Shown piece after piece: positions 23,293-28,740 of a stretch of DNA of 28,740 nucleotides (its first letter is position 1; each line of letters starts with the position of its first letter). A program made the translations under genes and the position numbers. Under the pieces are notes generated by a model that was given only the letters and a program-made list of their open reading frames with translations, made no database searches and had not been told where the DNA came from. Origin of the DNA: Phycisphaerae bacterium (GTDB lineage Bacteria > Planctomycetota > Phycisphaerae > UBA1845 > Fen-1342); contig JBFXAM010000055.1 of NCBI GenBank assembly GCA_050184295.1, forward strand, positions 1 through 28,740. The letters run 5' to 3'.

Positions 23293-24561
23293 ATGTCACC
23301 AACCAGATCTGGCGTACGCGCCGACGTCTTGGCCATGCTGTCGCTGGTCGTGGCGACCGCAACGGCGCAGCCTCGATACCACATCACGCCGCTCCATAAC
23401 GCGGAGATCCTCTTCGGCCCGACCGCCGATCTCAACGAGCGGAACCAGGTCGTGGGCTGGGGTTCATTACGATCTACGCCCAGTACACAAGGCCTTCGTG
23501 CAACGCCGGGCGCGGGCATCGATCTGATCCCGAGTGTCATCCCCGGTTTCGCCGCGGCATCGCCGAAGGCCATCAATGACCTCGGCGAAGTCGCCGGCCA
23601 GGCACAAAACGGATTTGGCAGCGTCGCGTTCTACTGGAGCGAAGCCACCAGCACCGTTCAACTCGAATACCCTCCCGCCGAAAGCCTTAGCAGCAGCGCC
23701 CAGGACATCAACAACCTCGGACAAATCGTCGGCGCTGCCACCTCGACCGACGAACTCGGCACTTTCGCTCAGGCGATGCTCTGGAACCCCCCGTACAGCC
23801 AGCCCTTCGGACTCGGCGACCTGCCCGGCGGCGATCGCTTCAGCCACGCGAACGCCATCAACAACCATGGCGTCGTCGTGGGTCAGAGCACCACGTTCCG
23901 CGGCGGCGAGGCGTTTGTCTGGTCAAAGGACGACGGCATGCAGGCTCTGCCCGATGCGCCCGACGGCCTCTGGGCCGCCAGCGCTCACGATATCAATGAC
24001 CTCGGGCAGATCGTCGGCCAGACCACCGGCGGACTCCCGTTTTTCTACGACCCGGAGGAAGGTTTTCACATCCTGCCGCCGATCAAGGACATCACCGACT
24101 ATGGCCTGTACGCGATCAACAGCCGCGGACAGGCCGTCGGCGAAGGCTGGTACCTCTCGCGTTTTCAGCCCCCACCGAGCCACGCCGTCATCTGGGACTG
24201 GGAATTCGGCGCCCGCGACCTGAATGACTTCCTCTCCCCCGTCACGCCGCTGCCGCCTGGCAGCCACGGCAACTACCTCGCGATCGCCTGGAGCATCAAT
24301 GATCAAGGCCGCATCGCCGCCGTCGACCGCGGCGCCAACGGCTACCTGCTCACACCCTATTCCCCGTGCGATGTGAACTGCGACGGCGTGGTGGATGTGT
24401 TCGACATCGACGCGTTCGTCGAAGTGCTCTCCGCGCCGGCTTCCGTCATCGACTCGCAATGGCGGTGCCCGAGCACGTCCGCCGCCGACGCGAACATGGA
24501 TGGTGTCGTGGACAATCGCGACATCGATCCGTTCCTGCGCGCCGTGCTGCGCGGCGGATAG
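23293..24561 (+). CDS. Secreted HAF-family repeat protein with a C-terminal tandem dockerin-like module, 422 aa
   Basis: The signal peptide is MSPTRSGVRADVLAMLSLVVATATAQP. Six HAF-type repeats are present: INDLGEVAGQA, INNLGQIVGAA, INNHGVVVGQSTTFRGGEAFVW, INDLGQIVGQT, INSRGQAVGEG and INDQGRIAAVD. The C-terminus has CDVNCDGVVDVFDIDAFVEVL ... DANMDGVVDNRDIDPFLRAVL (nt 24367-24558). There is no PEP-CTERM sorting signal, which HAF proteins usually carry. Confidence 0.8.
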   Translation: MSPTRSGVRADVLAMLSLVVATATAQPRYHITPLHNAEILFGPTADLNERNQVVGWGSLRSTPSTQGLRATPGAGIDLIPSVIPGFAAASPKAINDLGEVAGQAQNGFGSVAFYWSEATSTVQLEYPPAESLSSSAQDINNLGQIVGAATSTDELGTFAQAMLWNPPYSQPFGLGDLPGGDRFSHANAINNHGVVVGQSTTFRGGEAFVWSKDDGMQALPDAPDGLWAASAHDINDLGQIVGQTTGGLPFFYDPEEGFHILPPIKDITDYGLYAINSRGQAVGEGWYLSRFQPPPSHAVIWDWEFGARDLNDFLSPVTPLPPGSHGNYLAIAWSINDQGRIAAVDRGANGYLLTPYSPCDVNCDGVVDVFDIDAFVEVLSAPASVIDSQWRCPSTSAADANMDGVVDNRDIDPFLRAVLRGG

Positions 24562-24742
24562 CGCACCGCGGGCAACCGCGGCGATCATCGGCGCGATCGG
24601 TGGATCGACCCGTTCCCCGCCGCGGCGCGCACAACAATTGCCGCGCGGTCGGCGCCGGTGGTGTTTCGCGTGCGAACCCACGAAGACGGCGATCCGCCCG
24701 GTCGCATTGTGGCGGCTCGCGTCGCCTCGATCCGCGGCGGCG

Positions 24743-25543
24743 TCAATTCCCCCAGAACGTCCGGCGTCGCCGAAGCGACATCGCGAACGCCCCGATCAGC
24801 AACACCGCGCCGGCCGGCTCCGGCACGACGAACGCGTCGGGTAGCTGATTCCCCGGGACCGGCCCCGGAAAGCAATCGTCGTCCGCGCCAAACCGCAGGC
24901 AGTCGCTCGGCGAGCCGTCCTGGCGCGAGATCCCCGCGGCGCCGACTTGGAACCGCACATCGCTCACGCCCCCGTTCGCCGCGAAATCGAGGTACCCCAA
25001 TAGCACCCACGCCGAGCCATCGTCGAAGCCATCCCGCGCGGCCGGCAGTTGGAGCCCGCGACGTGTCACTGCGACCAGGTTGAATGTCGGCGACGTCAGG
25101 TCCGAGCCCGTCTCCCAGCGCCGAAATTCCGTCGGCGAGGTCACATTCAACATCCCCCCACCCACGATCGTCGCGGCGCCGTTGATTACCACATTCACCG
25201 CGATGCCGTTCCAGACGTTCGGCGTCGTGTCGCCGGGCGTGCCGCCGCCCCAAACCCACAGCCGCCCACCCGGAATCGTCGGATTCGTCACCGGCGGCGT
25301 GTTCAATCCGCTTCCCGGAACCGCGGCCACGTCCCCCGGCAACGCCGGCGCGGTCCGCCCCGTGCCTGCGAACGGATCTTCGGCGGAGAACACGAGGTGA
25401 AGTTCGGCTGCCTGTGCGGCGCCCGCGACCGCAAGCGCGCCGACCGCCGCGAAGAGACGCCGCAGCCGCGGTGCGGTCCGTTGCGCGCGCGGCGGCGCAT
25501 TGGAACGAGGGTCGCCCAACCCGTAGTAAGTGAGTGTGCGCAT
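24743..25543 (-). CDS. PEP-CTERM sorting-domain protein (exosortase substrate), 266 aa
   Basis: ORF 24743..25591(-) trimmed to ATG 25543 (GGGAGAG lies 8 nt upstream). The signal peptide is MRTLTYYGLGDPRSNAPPRAQRTAPRLRRLFAAVGALAVAGAAQA. The C-terminus is VPEPAGAVLLIGAFAMSLRRRR, which is the canonical PEP motif followed by a TM helix and an Arg cluster. Confidence 0.8.
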   Translation of the reverse strand: MRTLTYYGLGDPRSNAPPRAQRTAPRLRRLFAAVGALAVAGAAQAAELHLVFSAEDPFAGTGRTAPALPGDVAAVPGSGLNTPPVTNPTIPGGRLWVWGGGTPGDTTPNVWNGIAVNVVINGAATIVGGGMLNVTSPTEFRRWETGSDLTSPTFNLVAVTRRGLQLPAARDGFDDGSAWVLLGYLDFAANGGVSDVRFQVGAAGISRQDGSPSDCLRFGADDDCFPGPVPGNQLPDAFVVPEPAGAVLLIGAFAMSLRRRRTFWGN

Positions 25544-25750
25544 GGCGAGCACTCTCCCTGATTTGAACCAACGAACCTGGGACCAGTGCAATAGGCATGG
25601 TCGTCTGGCGCGCGCAGCAAGTCAATCGAATTCCGCCGCGCAGGCCCGCGATTCGCCGGCCGGCGGCTCGGTCGCACTCCGGGGTGTCCCGGCGCTCCGT
25701 TCCGAAGGCACAATCCACCGCAACCGATGGCCGAGGCGGCGTGCGGCGAC

Positions 25751-25787
25751 GCAACGCCCCGGCGCCCGGCGGCGCGCGGGGCGTTGC
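25751..25787 (-). terminator. Very stable GC-rich stem-loop (11-bp perfect arms gcaacgccccg / cggggcgttgc with a structured 15-nt loop) between the beta-lactamase-family gene and the PEP-CTERM gene; no U-tract
   Basis: The inverted repeat at 25751-25761 and 25777-25787 was read directly. The loop GCGCCCGGCGGCGCG can add 5 more bp. It lies 56 nt downstream of the stop of the 25843..27246 gene, on the minus strand. Confidence 0.35.
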
Positions 25788-25842
25788 CCGAGTTCAACGG
25801 CCGCCCGCTCCGCGACGGCGCCGTTCAGCGCCCGCGGCGGCG

Positions 25843-27246
25843 CTATCCGCCGATCACGACCGACCCGAGCGGCGCTTTGAGCAGCAACTTCGTCGACAGC
25901 GTGCCCGTCCAGCTCGACGTGCCGGGGTGGAAGTTGACGCGCGAGCCGTCCGCGAGGAACCACAGTGCGTTGTCCACGTCGCCGAACGGGATGTCGTAGC
26001 TGCCATATTGCGTCCACGACCACACGACTTCCGGGTCAACCCAGAATCCGCCCACGTCGGTCGTCGGCCAGTCGCCGGCGGCCATCCCGTCGAAAATCGC
26101 CTTCAGCGTGCCGTTGTAGAAATCGATCGCGCCGGCGCCGGTGTTCTGCTCGTTGAAGAACACAAACGCATTCACGCCGTCGCTGCGCTGAACCGTGTAG
26201 CTGGTGCAACCGGACATGTTGCCGCTCTTGCCGCCGTTCGGGCGATAGCCCGTGGGCTTCGGCTCGCCGAACGGCAACTCGTACCGCTCGGCGAGCTCGA
26301 GCATGGTGGCGGCGCTGGCAATGATGCCGCCCGACCCGAAGTACGTCGCCATGTCCCAGCCGCCGTAGCAACTCGGAACCTCGTGATCCGGATCACAGGC
26401 GTCGAAGCCGTCGCGGGCGTACACGCAGGGTGTGGTGCTGTGATGCTCATACCACGGCTCGCGCACCTGCTTGTCTTCGAAGAACGACTCGCCGAGCAGC
26501 AGATCGGTCGCCGGCACCCACATGTCGGGCGTCAATACGCGGCTGCGGTGGTAGGTGACGATATCCCGCCCGCTCACCACCTCGACCACGCGTCCCAGCA
26601 CCATGTAGCTCGAGTTCGAATACGCATAGCCCGCGTTCGGCGTAAATTGCAGCGGCCGACCGATCAGCCACGCGATCGACTCGTCCACCGCGGGCGGACT
26701 GTCCACGCCCATCTCCGCGGAGATCTCGCAGTTCAGAAAGACGGCGTCCTCGACCGTGTAGTCCCAACCGGCCCGATGTTGGATGCACATTTCGACCGTA
26801 ATATCGCCGTGCCGCGAATCGTAATTCGCCGGCGTCGTCAAAAACGGCTCGACGTCGATGATGCCCGCGCCATCGCCACGAAAGCTGCTGAACACATAGT
26901 CGCTGGGCGAAAGCAACCCGTCGGCCTCCAGCGTACGCGCCGCCGCCGCCGTAATGGCCTTGGTTCCGCTGGCCAACCGCACCACCGCGTTGTCCTGCAT
27001 CTCCAGCGTCTGCGCTTCGTTCATCCAGCCGAAGCCGCGCTGATACACGATCACGCCATTGCGCATGATGCCAACCAGTCCGCACTGAATGTCGTGGTCC
27101 GCCATGAACTCCTGTACCGCGTCATCCACGTCGCGCAGCGCCGGCACGTCGTGCCCGGTCACCGGCAGGTCCGCACCGGCGGGCGAAGCGAACCGCACCG
27201 CCAGCAGCGCGACGAGACCTCGAAACAACCGATGTTCGATTCGCAT
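25843..27246 (-). CDS. Secreted serine hydrolase of the beta-lactamase / penicillin-binding-protein family (class C-like) with a C-terminal extension of ~100 aa, 467 aa
   Basis: ORF 25843..27300(-) trimmed to ATG 27246 (GGGGAGG lies 7 nt upstream). The signal peptide is MRIEHRLFRGLVALLAVRFASPAGA. The S-x-x-K active-site motif is ASGTKAITAAA, and a YSNSSY motif is present. The C-terminal extension runs DWPTTDVGGFWVDPEVVWSWTQYG... Confidence 0.8.
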   Translation of the reverse strand: MRIEHRLFRGLVALLAVRFASPAGADLPVTGHDVPALRDVDDAVQEFMADHDIQCGLVGIMRNGVIVYQRGFGWMNEAQTLEMQDNAVVRLASGTKAITAAAARTLEADGLLSPSDYVFSSFRGDGAGIIDVEPFLTTPANYDSRHGDITVEMCIQHRAGWDYTVEDAVFLNCEISAEMGVDSPPAVDESIAWLIGRPLQFTPNAGYAYSNSSYMVLGRVVEVVSGRDIVTYHRSRVLTPDMWVPATDLLLGESFFEDKQVREPWYEHHSTTPCVYARDGFDACDPDHEVPSCYGGWDMATYFGSGGIIASAATMLELAERYELPFGEPKPTGYRPNGGKSGNMSGCTSYTVQRSDGVNAFVFFNEQNTGAGAIDFYNGTLKAIFDGMAAGDWPTTDVGGFWVDPEVVWSWTQYGSYDIPFGDVDNALWFLADGSRVNFHPGTSSWTGTLSTKLLLKAPLGSVVIGG

Positions 27247-27312
27247 GGTGAGGCCTCCCCAGCGCGGCGTCCGGGTCGCCCGGACGCCGCGCGGTTGCAA
27301 TGATGAGAACGT

Positions 27313-28362
27313 CTACTGAAGGTTGACCAGGACGAGCACTAACCCGCGCTCTCCGTGCGTCAGGCCGGTCATGGCCTTTCCGATCACGGCGCCGTGCGAA
27401 CGGTCGCGGTCCGCCGCCTTCATCGCGTGCCCCGGCGTGTCCGAAGTGGTCAGCAGATCGCCGGGCTCAATCGCCCGGTCGCCCGCGTCGCAATGAACCC
27501 AAACACGCCCGGACAGAGCGATCGGCGGCGCGTCTTCGGAACCCGCCATATTTCCCAGAATCGCGCCGGCTTTCAGATCGCCCGCCCCGCTCACGACTCC
27601 GGCCACACGCCGGTTGTAGGCGCCACGTGCGATGCGCAGCTTGCCGGCGTGATCCGGGTCGATCTCGGCGACCATGCCCGGTTCCGGCGCGTCGCTGAAG
27701 GGAAATTTTTCCGCCAGGTCCGCTCCCGTGATCTCAACTTCCTTCGCCGTGATGCGACCGGTCACATTGACGCGCCCCTGAAACCAGCCGGCATACGCGC
27801 TGGCACTGCTGCCGCTCTCGGCGTAGACCGCGTAGTTCGTGCCGCTCGACGCCAGACACTTGGCAAACACGGCGCGCCCGCTCGTGCTCGCATTCTGGAA
27901 GTAGCCGCCGCTGGTCGTGCCCGTTTGCGCTGAGGCGATTCCAAGGACACCGATGCCCGACGTGCTCGTGCTCGTGCCGCTCACGCCCTTCGTCGATCCG
28001 GTCGCGCCGCTCGCGAAGCCGAACACGCCCGTTCCCGAACTGCTCATGCTCTGGAAGTACCCGCCAAACGTGTTGCCTGTCGCACCGCTCGCGCGCCCCA
28101 TCACACCCGCACTCGCCCCCGCTGCGGCCGTACTCGCGGTCTCGAACCAACCGCCGTAGCATGCCTGTCCGGTCGAGCTCGCGAGGCCCTCGATCGCCCG
28201 TCCGTTCGCACTCGTATTGGTCACGCGAAACGCCGCGCCCACCGCGGCGACGGTCCCGCTGTCCGGCAGCACGATCACGGCCTTCGCGCCGCTGGAGCCG
28301 TGATGCAAGAAAGCTGCGGATGCGACGACGGTCGCCGCGAGATGTCTGAAACCACGTTTCAT
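27313..28362 (-). CDS. Secreted Gly/Ser/Thr-rich repeat protein with a conserved C-terminal beta-rich domain of ~140 aa, 349 aa
   Basis: ORF 27313..28737(-) trimmed to ATG 28362 (GGGAGG with a 7-nt spacer). The signal peptide is MKRGFRHLAATVVASAAFLHHGSSGA. The repeats have the form GG(Y/W)F(Q/E)xxSxxGxG, four times, in ASGATG/ASAQTG contexts. The C-terminal domain reads VAGVVSGAGDLKAGAILG...ALSGRVWVHCDAGDRAIEPGDLLTTSDTPGHAMKA...GERGLVLVLVNLQ. I recognise no family. Confidence 0.7.
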   Translation of the reverse strand: MKRGFRHLAATVVASAAFLHHGSSGAKAVIVLPDSGTVAAVGAAFRVTNTSANGRAIEGLASSTGQACYGGWFETASTAAAGASAGVMGRASGATGNTFGGYFQSMSSSGTGVFGFASGATGSTKGVSGTSTSTSGIGVLGIASAQTGTTSGGYFQNASTSGRAVFAKCLASSGTNYAVYAESGSSASAYAGWFQGRVNVTGRITAKEVEITGADLAEKFPFSDAPEPGMVAEIDPDHAGKLRIARGAYNRRVAGVVSGAGDLKAGAILGNMAGSEDAPPIALSGRVWVHCDAGDRAIEPGDLLTTSDTPGHAMKAADRDRSHGAVIGKAMTGLTHGERGLVLVLVNLQ

Positions 28363-28484
28363 CGCCAATCCTCCCGGTAGTGCGCCGCGAACCCGGCGAG
28401 CCCACAACGAGCCACGCCTGCCGAGAATTGGCGCGCGGGACCAGGGTCTTTCAGCAATGAAGGGAAAATAGTAGGACCGACTGC

Positions 28485-28519
28485 GCAACCGCGTGTGCCG
28501 GCACAACCGCGCGTGCCGG
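28485..28519. repeat. Tandem 18-bp direct repeat (gCAACCGCGtGTGCCGG / aCAACCGCGcGTGCCGG) containing the perfect palindrome GTGCCGGCAC, 125-160 nt upstream of the start of the 27313..28362 gene
   Basis: Read directly from the sequence: 28485-28501 and 28503-28519. The palindrome spans 28494-28503. It sits in a promoter-proximal position for the minus-strand gene starting at 28362. Confidence 0.5.
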
Positions 28520-28725
28520 TGCAGCCGGCGGCGGCGCGCCGACAGGCGCGTACGGGCTGCGACCACGCCGCAGCGCTGCTCCTCCACCGATCGTTCCGCG
28601 GCCGGCCGCCTACACGCCGCGCTCCGCGTGCGCCCGCGCGCCGGCCTCCGGCACCGCTTCGCCGAAGGTCGCGCGTTTGGCTGCGGATTCAGGCGGAGTC
28701 GGCGGCGCGGCGCGCAAATTGCACG

Positions 28726-28735
28726 CCCCCCCCCC
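28726..28735. repeat. C10 homopolymer tract (G10 on the minus strand)
   Basis: gcacgCCCCCCCCCCaacct near the right window edge, about 370 nt upstream of the minus-strand gene starting at 28362. This is the longest homopolymer in the window. Confidence 0.6.
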
Positions 28736-28740
28736 AACCT

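Noticed and set aside
24566-24581. CCGCGG-GCAA-CCGCGG hairpin right after the HAF gene stop, as a terminator
   Set aside because: It has only a 6-bp stem and no U-tract, and it sits in a convergent intergenic region. It is too weak to call.
27247-28737. Extended N-termini of several track ORFs (e.g. 27313..28737, 25843..27300, 6713..10108, 14209..15432, 21641..23218)
   Set aside because: The upstream extensions are Arg-rich with no SD. Internal ATG or GTG starts coincide with Shine-Dalgarno motifs and, for exported proteins, with textbook signal peptides.

Overview
This is a 28.7-kb, very GC-rich (roughly 68-70% by eye), gene-dense bacterial chromosomal segment. I find no rRNA or tRNA gene, CRISPR array, transposase or integrase. 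The protein repertoire suggests a Planctomycetota/PVC-type genome; this is inference, not a search result. The pointers are a lamin-tail domain, dockerin-like Ca-binding C-terminal modules, a DUF5658-like protein, HAF repeats, a PEP-CTERM protein and an OlsF-like fusion. I call 21 CDSs. They are a Zn-ribbon membrane protein, thiE (with an N-terminal extension, translationally coupled to the Zn-ribbon gene), a DUF5658-like membrane protein, a hypothetical protein, a SnoaL-like protein, a 53-aa YHS-domain protein, an AraC regulator, a SurA/parvulin PPIase and a ~1080-aa secreted protein. The remainder are an SPFH/band-7 protein, uvrC lacking the HhH domain, a 4-TM membrane protein, an 812-aa LTD/Cys-module/dockerin surface protein, truB with no canonical start, an OlsF-like acyltransferase fusion and a FG-GAP protein. 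The last five are a HAF-repeat protein with a dockerin-like tail, a PEP-CTERM protein, a beta-lactamase-family serine hydrolase and a Gly/Ser/Thr-rich repeat protein. Most long ORFs in the six-frame track are antisense or out-of-frame artefacts of the high GC content. I trimmed real genes to internal starts backed by Shine-Dalgarno motifs and signal peptides. The most unusual region is a 1.15-kb non-coding, lower-GC stretch (11.5-12.65 kb). It holds four adjacent 7-nt-loop hairpins, one tRNA T-arm-like, closed by an inverted repeat, and ends in a strong minus-strand intrinsic terminator. I read it as a candidate structured ncRNA or a decayed tRNA/integration scar. Other notable points are tandem 34-bp repeats at the left edge, three tandem 6-Cys modules, a dockerin-like tail shared by two unrelated secreted proteins, and an AraC-YHS-SnoaL mini-operon. 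All family assignments come from motif recognition by eye; no database search was possible.
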